A stretch of 64,000 nt of DNA from Acidimicrobiia bacterium (GCA_040878325.1 JBBDMM010000010.1:62001-126000), one strand, 5' to 3'; positions 1 through 9,191 are shown, counted from the stretch's first letter. The notes: a model not told the origin generated them from the letters alone. Program-made: numbers and translations.

Positions 1-40
1 CTCTCGGGTCGATCCGCGGTAGTTCGATTGATCATGGTGG

Positions 41-95
41 TGTTTCAGTTATCGTCTTGTTTCGTGAGATCTGAAACAATATCATTTCTGAAACA
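41..95. promoter_or_regulatory. Candidate operator: TGTTTCAG/CTGAAACA inverted and direct repeats upstream of the first TA-like pair
   Basis: TGTTTCAG 41-48, TTGTTTC 57-63 / GAAACAA 73-79, CTGAAACA 71-78 and 88-95, in an AT-rich patch just before ATG 97. Confidence 0.45.
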
Positions 96-96
96 G

Positions 97-279
97 ATGG
101 TCAACGAGAGGGCCTCGCCGCCATGGCGCGCAGCACGCCCTTCTGACTACTTCAAGCTGTACTGCCCGTGCCCGGAGAAGCACTTCAAGACGGTACACTT
201 GACGCCGTCCGGCGCTAACTACGCCAAGAACCTTCGCAAGTGGTTAGAGCGACAGTCATGTTGGGAGGGTGACTTCTGA
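97..279 (+). CDS. HicA-like small toxin (CPC-type), N-terminus possibly degenerate
   Basis: YFKLYCPC..H.KTVHLTPS..NY.KNLRKWL resembles the actinobacterial HicA-like fold; TGATG overlap with the next gene. Confidence 0.45.
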   Translation: MVNERASPPWRAARPSDYFKLYCPCPEKHFKTVHLTPSGANYAKNLRKWLERQSCWEGDF

Positions 280-614
280 TGCGGATTTCCGTCAGCACGC
301 TGTTCCATGTCTCCGGACGCGACGACGAGTTGGAATCCCATCTTGATGACGTCATGGAGCGACTACTTGAGATAGGGGTCCTTGATCCCTCTATCGGAGG
401 CTCCCTGGCGTCTGGCCAGGTCGAGGTGTCGGTGGATGTCGAGGCGAAGAACATCCGACGGACGCTGCGTGCCGCCTTCGACATCGTCCTCCGGGCGATC
501 ACCGCAGCCGGTGGCACGGTGATCGACTCGCTGGGGGAGCCGATCCAGTCCCATCGGACGGATGCCACCAACGCGCCGAGCTGGGACCGCAAGAGCCTTA
601 GCGTTGCGGCCTAG
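279..614 (+). CDS. Putative HicB-like antitoxin partner
   Basis: 111 aa acidic ORF translationally coupled to the HicA-like ORF; beta-beta-alpha pattern (VEVSVDVEA...AAFDIVLRAI). Confidence 0.45.
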   Translation: MRISVSTLFHVSGRDDELESHLDDVMERLLEIGVLDPSIGGSLASGQVEVSVDVEAKNIRRTLRAAFDIVLRAITAAGGTVIDSLGEPIQSHRTDATNAPSWDRKSLSVAA

Positions 615-630
615 TCATTGGCTCGATGCC

Positions 631-942
631 ATGAAGAAGTGGGATGAGCTGACCAGTGACCGTCGTGCCGCTCCTGGCTATCGGGAGCGGGTCGACGCCG
701 AGAAGCGCAAGGCGCTCGGGGAGCTGCATGAGTTCAACCTCGCCGGGCTGCGGCGCATTCTCGACTTCACCTAGGAGGAGCTCGCCGGGCGCATGGGCAC
801 CGACCAGTCGCGGATCTCGCGGGTCGAGAACGAGGCCGACATGCGACTGTCCACCCTCCGGGCCTATGTCGAGGCCCTCGGCGGACAGATCAGGATCCTC
901 GCCGAGATCCCCGGCCAGGAGGCGTTTTCGCTTTCGGTGTGA
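631..942 (+). pseudogene. HigA-like XRE HTH antitoxin, interrupted by in-frame TAG at 772-774
   Basis: Colinear with intact copy 9449-9760 (18 mismatches in 312 nt by hand count); CAG Gln48 is TAG here. Confidence 0.9.
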
Positions 943-1035
943 TGCCCCTGCCCGATCGGCACGGTTTGGAGCCCGAATGGTTAGTCCGCCCGGCTCAGAA
1001 GGGTATTGACACGTGAAGAGAAGATGGAGAGGCTG

Positions 1036-1269
1036 CTACCCGGGCCGCTTCACATAGGCTCCGGGATCCTCGCGTTGCTTCTTGATCGACTCCATGAGGT
1101 CTTCGTTCCTGAGAAGGGCCGCCTCGGCTTCGGTCATCACCACTGCCGGCTTCAGGGTGATGGTGCCATCGGGTGCGACGGTTGCCAGGTAGCGCCGGTG
1201 ACTCGCAATCTTCCCCAGGCTGGCGCGGAGCCGCTGGTCGAGTTCTACCAACAGTGGGTCGGGTGACAT
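1036..1269 (-). CDS. AbrB/MazE-like small protein, putative antitoxin
   Basis: VELDQRLRASLGK...YLATVAPDGTITLKPAVV swapped-hairpin-like N-terminus plus helical tail; 77 aa. Confidence 0.55.
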   Translation of the reverse strand: MSPDPLLVELDQRLRASLGKIASHRRYLATVAPDGTITLKPAVVMTEAEAALLRNEDLMESIKKQREDPGAYVKRPG

Positions 1270-1280
1270 CGGTGTCACCC
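1261..1280. promoter_or_regulatory. Inverted repeat GGGTGACA-TCGG-TGTCACCC over the AbrB-like start codon (candidate operator)
   Basis: Perfect 8-bp arms in the divergent promoter region. Confidence 0.4.
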
Positions 1281-1349
1281 TACTTCTTTGGGGCCAATGC
1301 GGCAAGAGGGTATCGGGGTAATGGGGCACGATGAGGGTGAGGGTGATCT

Positions 1350-1610
1350 ATGGCCGAGGTGTGGTTGAGCCCGGGGATCGCCCTCCCGCAGTACGAGAGC
1401 CTCCGGGGCGACGCCCGAATGCGCCGCGTGCTGGGCCGGGTCGATGGGATCCTCGACGCTCTCGAGAGAGACCCTGGCCAAGCTTGGCTGAGAGCGCACC
1501 GGTTTCGTGACCCGCCGCTCTGGTGCGTCACGTTCGACGCCGGCGGTGAATCGTGGGCGATCCTGTGGTCGATGGGCGAGGATGGCAAGGTGCTCGTGGA
1601 CTTCCTCTAG
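1350..1610 (+). CDS. RelE-like small protein, putative toxin
   Basis: 86 aa; helix pair then LDALERDPG...HRF...LWCVTF...WAILW...VLVDFL strand pattern typical of the RelE/ParE fold. Confidence 0.5.
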   Translation: MAEVWLSPGIALPQYESLRGDARMRRVLGRVDGILDALERDPGQAWLRAHRFRDPPLWCVTFDAGGESWAILWSMGEDGKVLVDFL

Positions 1611-1728
1611 GGTCGGCGAGGTTCGCCTGAGCGGTCTGGGTGGAGAGGCGCGATCGAAGCACGGCGGATGCGCTAGTGACATCACGGCATCGCGATGGCG
1701 CTTGTGAGTCCAACTTGAGGTCCCTTCG

Positions 1729-1750
1729 TGTCACACCCAGGTGACACCTT
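1729..1750 (+). promoter_or_regulatory. PafBC/RecA-NDp-like promoter TGTCAC-N10-CACCTT
   Basis: Same geometry as the motifs at 16970, 20057 and 44979; -10 is the CAnnnT variant. Confidence 0.4.
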
Positions 1751-1777
1751 GATCACCCGTCGAATCAGGTGGTTCTC

Positions 1778-2182
1778 GTGTCTGTAACCGATCCACAACT
1801 CCGATCGCTGTATGCTCGGCTTGAGGAGGTCCTCGGCCCCGATCACGCCGAAACGCTCATGACCCATCTTCCTCCGAGGCACGAACTCGCCACCAAGGGT
1901 GATCTTCAGGAACAGATAGGTCTGGTGCGCTCGGATCTTCAGGAACAGATAGGTCTGGTGCGCTCTGATCTTCAGGAACAGATAGGTCTGGTGCGCTCGG
2001 AGGTCGCCCTTCTCACCGTCCGCTTCGATGGTCTCGACGAGCGGTTTGATCGTCTCGAGGACCGCTTCGAAGGGCTCTATTCCCTCATGCACGCCCAGTT
2101 CCGCAACTATTCGGTGGTGGCCGCCTCGTTCATGACCGGGATGACCGCGGTGTTCGGGGTGATGCTGGCCTCGTTCGGGTAG
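1778..2182 (+). CDS. Coiled-coil protein with C-terminal membrane anchor (DUF1640/CCDC90-like)
   Basis: LYARLEEVLG...LMTHLPP...LATKGDL head, repeated coiled coil, hydrophobic C-terminus; AGGTGG RBS before GTG 1778. Confidence 0.75.
   Translation: MSVTDPQLRSLYARLEEVLGPDHAETLMTHLPPRHELATKGDLQEQIGLVRSDLQEQIGLVRSDLQEQIGLVRSEVALLTVRFDGLDERFDRLEDRFEGLYSLMHAQFRNYSVVAASFMTGMTAVFGVMLASFG
1901..1999 (+). repeat. 3 x 33-bp in-frame tandem repeat (DLQEQIGLVRS)
   Basis: GATCTTCAGGAACAGATAGGTCTGGTGCGCTC(G/T) three times. Confidence 0.95.
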
Positions 2183-2206
2183 GAGCCCTTGCCCGGCGGA
2201 TCGGGC

Positions 2207-4717
2207 CTACTCGATCCCCAGGAGTGCCCGAAGCCGGGCCGGGTCGAAGGTCACGGCGTTCGTCGGCATGTCCGGCCAACGCTCCAGCGATCGCAGCAGG
2301 CGGAGCAGATCCTCGCGGCGGGTGGGGTCGTCGACGGCCTGACGCGGTGTGAGGCCCCCCAGGGCGGGGATGGACTCGTCGACCCAGGCCCGCTCCTTCT
2401 CCCGGATCCACTCCTCCAGATGGCGTCGCTCCTCCTCGGAGACCTCCTCGGCCGGCGTCTCGGGGAGCCCGTCCGACAGGTGGCTCAGGTGGGCGAAAGA
2501 CCTCGCCGGCTCCCGTGACTCGGCGAGCACCTCGACCCCGGGGAGGCTCTCCAGCAACCGGGTCATCCGCTCCTCCGAATTGGTGCGGACCACCAGGTTG
2601 TCGCTGTGGCGGACCAGGGTGGCCCGGAGCAGCTCCTCGCCGTCGACCTCGACCGTCTCGACCCACCGATCAGGCCCTTCCACCCGGTAGGCATCGTCGA
2701 GGTACGCGGCGAGGGTCGGCCAGCTGTCGTCGTCGGGAACGGGCATCAACTCGGCCTCACAGAACACGAGGGGCTCACCCTCTCGATTGGCGAAGGAGGG
2801 CGGGTGGGACCACGACCCGTACCAGGCGGCGAGGGCGTCGGCGTCGGGAACCCGGTCGAGCAGGCGCAGCAGGGAGGCTCGCTGCCTGAGATCGATCTCC
2901 AGCACATTGCCGATCAGTTGCCGGGTGTCGCCAACCGTCACCACCCGTCCCAGGAGCAGGTCACCGGGGGAGCGTCCCTGGGATCCCAGGGCCTCGGCAA
3001 TGTCCTCTCGGTCACCGGTCCGAGTGTCGCGTAGGGTCATGCCCTCACCGGGCGGGGCTTCGACCACCTCGTAGAGGGCCCGTCGCGACCGCGACCAGTC
3101 GCCCAGGGTGGCGCGGTCCTCGTCGGTGAGTAGCGGCCCCCTCACCTCCAGGTACTCCTCCAGGCCGCCCCCCTCGAAGATGAAGAGATCGAGGATGAAC
3201 GGGTCGTCCATCATCTTGCCGAGGCCCTCGAACAACTCCTCGTCGTCCTCGGCCTCGGCGGCCGCCGACAACGCCAGTCCGAAGAGCCGTTTCCGGCGGT
3301 TCCCGGCGGTGGCGAAATCGATGACCCGGCGGGTGAGGAGGCCGATCCGCTCGGACGTGGTCAACTTGGGTTCGAGCAGGCAGCATGCCTTGAACTTGTT
3401 CCCCGACCCGCACGGGCAGGGATCGTTGCGTCGGGTGCCGCGACGCTCGATCAGCCGGGCGAGATACGCCAGGTCGGGGGAGTCCGCGGGAACCCCGCTG
3501 CGACGCAGCAGCCGGAGCGCCTCGATGTTGCGACCGCGGTCGAGGCGGTAGCGGGCCAGCTCCAGGGCCCCTGGGCCGTACCCGGGATCGTGGCCGACCG
3601 CCGCCTCGTGGTGTGCCTCGGCGGCGAGGGCGTCGTCGATGAACTCGGCATGGACCCCACGGAGGAATTCGGCGGCGGCGGCCCCAGACCCTCCCGCTTC
3701 GGCCAGGTAGGCGGCGAACTCGTCGAGACCGGCCGTGTCGTAGAAGTCGTCCTCCATGGCGTACACCGCGAGCGCCGGGGCCACGGTCCCGTGGGAGAGG
3801 GCTTTGAGCAGCGGGGCCCGGTCGGTCCGATCACCGTCGATCTCGAAGTCCGACCATGCTTCCCGGACTCGGGCGAAGGCCTGCCGGCAGCATGGCTCGA
3901 AGTCCATCCTCCGAAAGAGCGACTCGAATTGCTCCCTCTGGTGGACGACGAACTGGTCCTCGAAGTTGGTGCCGGCAGGTCCCACCAGTTCCCCGCGACG
4001 CTCCAGGCCGGCGAGAGGGAGGAGCTCGGTGATCGGGTGCACCGGGTTGCGAAACAGCGATAGCTCCTCGTCCGACATCATGGCCTCCATGAGAAGGATC
4101 GGGATGTCCACCCCCACCCCGTCGCGGTCCACGACGTCGGCGAAGGCCTGCTCGAGGGCATCGGACTCGTCGCCGTCGGTCGACCCTTCCACCCGCTCCA
4201 CCCGGATGTGGTCGCCGACGCGGCGAAAACCGATCAGGTCCCCGGCGGCAAACCCCTCGAGCCATCCATCGGGCCCTGCGAGGGCGTACCCGTCCCCGCC
4301 CCGCTCCTCGCTGCCGAAACGCTTCTCAAGCAGCCCCCCGCCCTCGAGGGCAGGGTCGTTCTCGATCGCCCAGTCGACGACCATCAGATCGGGCACCGCG
4401 GCCACCTCGCCGCCATGGAGTTCCGCCTCGGTGAGGCGGTGGGTGAAGACGCTCCCGTCGAGGGCCACATCGATCCGGGCGACATACCGGTGACGAGTCG
4501 TCCAGATCCCCTCGGTGGAGTTGAGCAGGTCGTCGAGGATCGTTTCCGGGTCGGATTCGGTGAGGGCGGCGAGGTCGTCCAGGTCGTCGAAGTCGCCAAC
4601 GAGGTCGAGCAACTCGTCGAAATGCATCGGGCCATGCCGGAGCTCATCCCAGGCGAGGCCGACGACGCGGCGCTCGAGATCATCGATGTCGTCCCGGGGC
4701 TCGTTGTCTGCGGTCAT
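2207..4717 (-). CDS. SEC-C metal-binding / TPR-like protein with C-terminal Xre/MbcA/ParS antitoxin-like segment
   Basis: RNDPCPCGSGNKFKACC motif; TPR-like helices before it; WVDESIPALGGLTPRQA at the C-terminus. Confidence 0.8.
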   Translation of the reverse strand: MTADNEPRDDIDDLERRVVGLAWDELRHGPMHFDELLDLVGDFDDLDDLAALTESDPETILDDLLNSTEGIWTTRHRYVARIDVALDGSVFTHRLTEAELHGGEVAAVPDLMVVDWAIENDPALEGGGLLEKRFGSEERGGDGYALAGPDGWLEGFAAGDLIGFRRVGDHIRVERVEGSTDGDESDALEQAFADVVDRDGVGVDIPILLMEAMMSDEELSLFRNPVHPITELLPLAGLERRGELVGPAGTNFEDQFVVHQREQFESLFRRMDFEPCCRQAFARVREAWSDFEIDGDRTDRAPLLKALSHGTVAPALAVYAMEDDFYDTAGLDEFAAYLAEAGGSGAAAAEFLRGVHAEFIDDALAAEAHHEAAVGHDPGYGPGALELARYRLDRGRNIEALRLLRRSGVPADSPDLAYLARLIERRGTRRNDPCPCGSGNKFKACCLLEPKLTTSERIGLLTRRVIDFATAGNRRKRLFGLALSAAAEAEDDEELFEGLGKMMDDPFILDLFIFEGGGLEEYLEVRGPLLTDEDRATLGDWSRSRRALYEVVEAPPGEGMTLRDTRTGDREDIAEALGSQGRSPGDLLLGRVVTVGDTRQLIGNVLEIDLRQRASLLRLLDRVPDADALAAWYGSWSHPPSFANREGEPLVFCEAELMPVPDDDSWPTLAAYLDDAYRVEGPDRWVETVEVDGEELLRATLVRHSDNLVVRTNSEERMTRLLESLPGVEVLAESREPARSFAHLSHLSDGLPETPAEEVSEEERRHLEEWIREKERAWVDESIPALGGLTPRQAVDDPTRREDLLRLLRSLERWPDMPTNAVTFDPARLRALLGIE

Positions 4718-4796
4718 GGGGCGCGAACGGTACCCGGGCGTGGAGTTCCCGGGAAGGGGTGCCGGCCGGCGGCTTCTGCGTCTCCACGGCGGGCGG

Positions 4797-4910
4797 GGCG
4801 CGCCGGTCGCTCCAGATGCCCTCGAGATCGCCGCGCTGAGGCGAACCGACACGTCGCGGGTTGTCCGTGAGCAAGAAGTCGATCACCGCGACGGCGACCG
4901 GCTCCGAGGG
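4797..4910 (-). pseudogene. Internal fragment of a RelE-family toxin
   Basis: PSEPVAVAVIDFLLTDNPRRVGSPQRGDLEGIWSDRRA matches the core of actinobacterial RelE (..NPHRLGKPLR.DLEG..SARRG); both ends missing. Confidence 0.7.
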
Positions 4911-4990
4911 TGATCTCCGCCGACACCCGGCACCTCGCCTCACCGATCGGGGTGACGGCTCGTGTCACCCGGATGGGGAAGGTCGACTCG

Positions 4991-7915
4991 CTATGGCTTC
5001 GGGTCGCTCGCTTCGTCGAGGAAAACCTGAGCGCCCAGAGCCTCGGCCACGTCCTTCATCCGGTGGCGGTCGGCCTCAGCGGCCTCCCGCTGGTCGACAC
5101 TCGCATGAAGGCTTGCCCTGGTGCGCAGCAGGGCCGGAACCCACACGACTTCGCCGATCTCATCCGCCGCGGCGAGGGACCGATCGGCCGCGGCGATCCC
5201 CTCCTGGAATCGGCCGGCGTCGAGGCACACATCGGCATAGAGGAGGCCGTAGTACGTTTCGTTGGCCCGGGCGCCGGTGGCGTAGAAGGGAGGCAGCAGT
5301 TCCGCGAAGCGATCGGCGGCCGCGGCCGGGTTGCCCTCCTTGGCGTCGACCCAAGCGCCGATCAGCGCCGCCATCGCCGAGAAGTACTTGAACTCGAAGG
5401 TGGCCGCAAGGTCCTTGGCCTCGGCGACGTGGCGCCCCGCGGTGGCGACGTCGTCCATCAGCTGGGCGAGCATGGCGAGCCCCAGGTGCGAATAGGTGTT
5501 GGAGAAGGGATGGTCCAGAGTGGATGTCCGGTGGGTGGCGGCGGAGGCGGCCTCGAGTGCACCAGCCGTGTCGCCGAGGAGCCACCGCAGCCAGCCGAGG
5601 TAGGCGAGCCCGACCGAGACCGGGTCCTGGCCGTATCGGTTGATGTGCTCGGCGTCATCGACCCACCGCGCGGTCTGTAGTAGCTCGTCGAGGTGCAACC
5701 GGGCTTCGTGTAGATCTCCTCTCCAGAACCGGGTGGTGCCGGCGGCGAGGTGAGCCTCCAGCATCATGTCGACGTCGCCGAAGCGCTGGGCCATCCGCAT
5801 CAGGTCGTCGGCGAGTTCCAGACCCTCGGCCAGCCGGGCCCGCAGCAAGAAGAAACGGAAGAGCCCGAACACCACGGGGAAGTGCTCGCGCACGTCGGGG
5901 GTCTTCCGGGCGAGTTCCCGGGCCGCCGTGTAGGTGGCTTCCACCCGGTCCGACCCGGGGCCCTCCAGGGCCATCAGGGCCGCGCCGCGGGCGGTGCGAA
6001 GCCTGAGTTCCCACTCCAGCCGCTTCTCGGCGTCGGCGACCCCGTCGAGGCTGTCGATCGCCAGATCGAGGGTGCCGAGGGCGTAGTTGTTGGCGGAACG
6101 CTGGATGCTCCGCTGCGCGACGGTGTGCCAGTGCCCCAGCGCCTCGAGGATTTCCCCGGCGGCAGCGAGGTGATGGGCCAGGCCGGGCAGCTGGCCTCCG
6201 GCGGCCTCGATCTCCCGGGCCACCCGGCCGTGGATCTCTCGCCGGGTCTTGAGGAGGAGCGTCCCGTAGGCGACCTCCCGCGTGAGGGCATGCCTGAACA
6301 CGTACTCGTCGGGATCGTCGCCAGGGGAGATGAACTCGGAGGCGACCAACTCCTCCAGCTCGCGGTCCAGGCTGGCGGAACCGGCGACCGTCTCCAGGAT
6401 CGGCGCGGTGAACCGGGGGCCAATGACGCTGGCGGTCTGCAACATCATTCGGGCGGTATCGGGGAGGCGATCGATCCGAGCCGCGATGAACTCCTGCACC
6501 GAGGCAGGCACGACGTGGGCTGCTGCCGGGCCGGCAACGCCTCCCGGAGCCACCTGCTGGGCTCGCACGAGCTCCTCAACGAAGAAGGCATTCCCGCTGG
6601 CCCGTTGGACGATCGCCGCTTCCTCATCGCCTGTCACCGCGCCGGAGGCGAGGGAGCGCACCAGGGCGCGGGTTGCCTCCTCCGTCAGCGGCTGCAGAGT
6701 CAGCCGCTGCACGCGCGAGTGACCGATCCAGGGCGGTGCGAATCCGGGCCGCGCCAGCAGGAGGATCAGCGTTCCCGAGCGCTCCTCCAGGAGGGCGCCG
6801 ATCAGCTCGGCCGAGGTGGCGTCGGCCCACTGGGCGTCGTCGACGACCGCCACTGTCTTCGCATCGGTCTCGCCCAGGGCCCGGGCCATGACGGTGCTCC
6901 AGCGGGCCTTCTTCGACGGAGGGGGAAGCGCGCGATACCTCGCGTCGCCGGGATCGAGTTCGAACAGGTCGCGCAGGGCGGGTCTGTTGAGGCCCTGCTG
7001 CGAGGCGATTCCGTCGAGCGCGTTGCCGAGATCGGGCGACAAGCGATCGAGGTGCCACAGGTCAGCCAGCAGGTCGACGATGGGATCCAACGGCCCCGCG
7101 GTCACCGGCTCGCACGAAGTGGTCGCCACCCTTATGCCTTGGTCGAGTCCGTCCAGGAAGTCCGTGGCGAGTCGGGTCTTGCCGATACCGGGCGGACCCT
7201 CGACGATCATCACTCGTGTCTCGCCGGTCCCGGCCGAGCGGAGGGCATCCCTCATCGCCTCCAGATCGGCGTCGCGGCCGACCAGGGGCCCGGCGGTATA
7301 GGCACGGCGACCACCGAGGAAGCGAACCGGCTCGAACAGAGGGAGTTCGTGGCGCTTGCCCTTGAGCGGATGGACTCCCCGGGGCACATACTCGAATCTG
7401 CCCTTGGTACGTTGGTAGACGTTCGGGCCCACCAGGATCTGATCCGGTCCGGCGGCCCCCTGAATGCGCGCCGCGACGTTCACAGAGTCGCCGATCACCG
7501 TGTAGTCCATTCGGGTGGCCGATCCCAGGTAACCGGCCACGACGAGTCCCGTCTCCACCCCGACATGGACCCGGATGCGCTCGAGCGTGTCCCCGGCCAG
7601 GTCGCCGTCCAGCGCCCTTACCCGGTCGACGATCTCGAGGGCGGCGCGCACTGCGCGCTCGGGGTCGTCCTCGGTGGCGCGGGGGGCGCCGAAGAGCACC
7701 ATGACGGCGTCGCCCAGAAACTTGTCGACGTATCCCCCAAATTTCTCGACCGCGCTCGCCACGGTGTCGAAATAGCGGTTGATCACCTCGGTGACCTCCT
7801 CCGGATCACGCCGTTCGACCATCGCGGTGAACCCGCTCAGGTCGACGAACAGCACAGTGACGACCCGCCGCTCGTCCGGGTACTTCCGATCGATGCCGTT
7901 CCTCATCTGAGTCAC
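4991..7915 (-). CDS. Class III adenylate/guanylate cyclase + AAA/STAND ATPase + TPR
   Basis: LFVDLSGFT, DKFLGDAVM, YTVIGDSVNVAAR; Walker A GPPGIGKT; Walker B VVDDAQWAD; FRHALTREVAY; helical repeats. Confidence 0.92.
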   Translation of the reverse strand: MTQMRNGIDRKYPDERRVVTVLFVDLSGFTAMVERRDPEEVTEVINRYFDTVASAVEKFGGYVDKFLGDAVMVLFGAPRATEDDPERAVRAALEIVDRVRALDGDLAGDTLERIRVHVGVETGLVVAGYLGSATRMDYTVIGDSVNVAARIQGAAGPDQILVGPNVYQRTKGRFEYVPRGVHPLKGKRHELPLFEPVRFLGGRRAYTAGPLVGRDADLEAMRDALRSAGTGETRVMIVEGPPGIGKTRLATDFLDGLDQGIRVATTSCEPVTAGPLDPIVDLLADLWHLDRLSPDLGNALDGIASQQGLNRPALRDLFELDPGDARYRALPPPSKKARWSTVMARALGETDAKTVAVVDDAQWADATSAELIGALLEERSGTLILLLARPGFAPPWIGHSRVQRLTLQPLTEEATRALVRSLASGAVTGDEEAAIVQRASGNAFFVEELVRAQQVAPGGVAGPAAAHVVPASVQEFIAARIDRLPDTARMMLQTASVIGPRFTAPILETVAGSASLDRELEELVASEFISPGDDPDEYVFRHALTREVAYGTLLLKTRREIHGRVAREIEAAGGQLPGLAHHLAAAGEILEALGHWHTVAQRSIQRSANNYALGTLDLAIDSLDGVADAEKRLEWELRLRTARGAALMALEGPGSDRVEATYTAARELARKTPDVREHFPVVFGLFRFFLLRARLAEGLELADDLMRMAQRFGDVDMMLEAHLAAGTTRFWRGDLHEARLHLDELLQTARWVDDAEHINRYGQDPVSVGLAYLGWLRWLLGDTAGALEAASAATHRTSTLDHPFSNTYSHLGLAMLAQLMDDVATAGRHVAEAKDLAATFEFKYFSAMAALIGAWVDAKEGNPAAAADRFAELLPPFYATGARANETYYGLLYADVCLDAGRFQEGIAAADRSLAAADEIGEVVWVPALLRTRASLHASVDQREAAEADRHRMKDVAEALGAQVFLDEASDPKP

Positions 7916-8007
7916 CTCGGTGCGGGGGACGATACCCTCCGGGTGTCGGCGTCGGTCCTCGAGGGGCAGGCCTTTGAGAAACCTGGCGTCGGTAGAGGTG
8001 AAGCGAC

Positions 8008-8775
8008 ATGGACCTAGCCGTCAGGGATGGGGCGCGGTTGGCATTTGAGGATCGTCCCGGTGGGCCCGGCACCCCGGTCCTGTTCCTCCACGGTGCGATG
8101 AGCAGCCGGGCCACCTTTTCCCCGCAGATGGAACACTTCGGCGGGCGTCGGCGGATCGCCCTCGACCTCCGCGGCCACGGCCAGAGCGAGGTGACCGAGC
8201 ACGGTTACGACGTCCCCGCGCTGGCACGGGATGCGGCCGACCTATGCGACCACCTCGAACTGGAGTCCGTCGTCCTCATCGGACACAGCCTCGGCGGTGC
8301 CGCCGCCCTCCAGTTGGCCGCCGATGATGCTGCCAGGGTGGTCGGACTGGCGATCCTCGATTCCCCGATCATGATCCCGCCGGACTTCCGTGCCGGTGTC
8401 GAGCAACTCGCCGCCGCGGCCCGATCACCCATGTACGACGAAGCTATCAACGGGTTCCTGGGCCAGTTCGCCGGCATCGACGAGGCGGTGCGGCGACAGG
8501 TCTTCGCCGACCTCGCCAACACCCCTCAGGAGGTGGTCGCCTCCTGCCTCGAGAGCACGGTCGCGTTCGACAGCGAGGGGGCGGCGACAGAATGTCGGAT
8601 GCCGATCCTGTATGTGAGCTCGGGGCCGTGGTTCGCCGACGTCGGCCGCTTCCGGGATCTGTGCCCGCAGCTGGTGACCGCGCAGACCATGGGCTCGGGC
8701 CACTACCACCACCTCGAGGTGCCCCGCCAGGTCAATGCCCTGCTCGACCGGTTCCTCGAGATCAACGGCCTCTAA
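8008..8775 (+). CDS. Alpha/beta fold hydrolase
   Basis: LFLHG, DLRGHGQS, GHSLGG nucleophile elbow, GHYHHLE. Confidence 0.92.
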   Translation: MDLAVRDGARLAFEDRPGGPGTPVLFLHGAMSSRATFSPQMEHFGGRRRIALDLRGHGQSEVTEHGYDVPALARDAADLCDHLELESVVLIGHSLGGAAALQLAADDAARVVGLAILDSPIMIPPDFRAGVEQLAAAARSPMYDEAINGFLGQFAGIDEAVRRQVFADLANTPQEVVASCLESTVAFDSEGAATECRMPILYVSSGPWFADVGRFRDLCPQLVTAQTMGSGHYHHLEVPRQVNALLDRFLEINGL

Positions 8776-8807
8776 GGTTGTCCCCGATGCACCGGGAGGG
8801 AGGGACC

Positions 8808-9191
8808 ATGGCCGAGCCGTTGGTTTTCATCAGCACCTGGAGGATCGCCGAGGGGAGGGTGGCCGACCTCGAGGCCTATTACCGGCGGGTGGTCGAGATC
8901 GTCGAAGCCAAGGAGCCTCAGATTATCGCCTTCCACGGCTTCCTCGATGAGGATGGCACCGAGTTCACCAGCATTCAGGTGCATCCCGACGCCGACTCCA
9001 TGGAGTTCCACATGACGGTGCTGCGGGAAAATTGGGAGGAGTCATTCGCCCAGTTCGGCGAGTGGGCGGAGAGCACCGGGGTGCAGTACCTGGGGACTCC
9101 CCCGGAGAGCGCCCGGGTCATGGACCGCCAGCTGAACTCTCCGGTGACGGTCAAGCCGCGCCATCTCGGCGGGTTCACCCGGGGCGGGTGA
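8808..9191 (+). CDS. Dimeric alpha-beta barrel (antibiotic biosynthesis monooxygenase-like) protein
   Basis: VEAKEPQ...FLDEDGTE.T.IQVHPDADSMEFH...GGFTR; GGAGG RBS. Confidence 0.7.
   Translation: MAEPLVFISTWRIAEGRVADLEAYYRRVVEIVEAKEPQIIAFHGFLDEDGTEFTSIQVHPDADSMEFHMTVLRENWEESFAQFGEWAESTGVQYLGTPPESARVMDRQLNSPVTVKPRHLGGFTRGG

Noticed and set aside
772..774. Amber codon as pyrrolysine or genetic-code reassignment
   Set aside because: TAG terminates many ordinary genes in this window, and the position is a conserved Gln; a C>T nonsense change is simpler
1901..1999. 33-bp repeats as a CRISPR array
   Set aside because: Contiguous in-frame repeats with no spacers and no cas genes
1261..4970. GTGA...TCAC palindromes as CRP sites responding to the local cyclases
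   Set aside because: Spacers are 8-9 nt rather than the 6 nt of TGTGA-N6-TCACA
5750..8017. 755-aa plus-strand ORF
   Set aside because: Antisense shadow of the cyclase-STAND gene; no motifs, typical of high-GC codon bias
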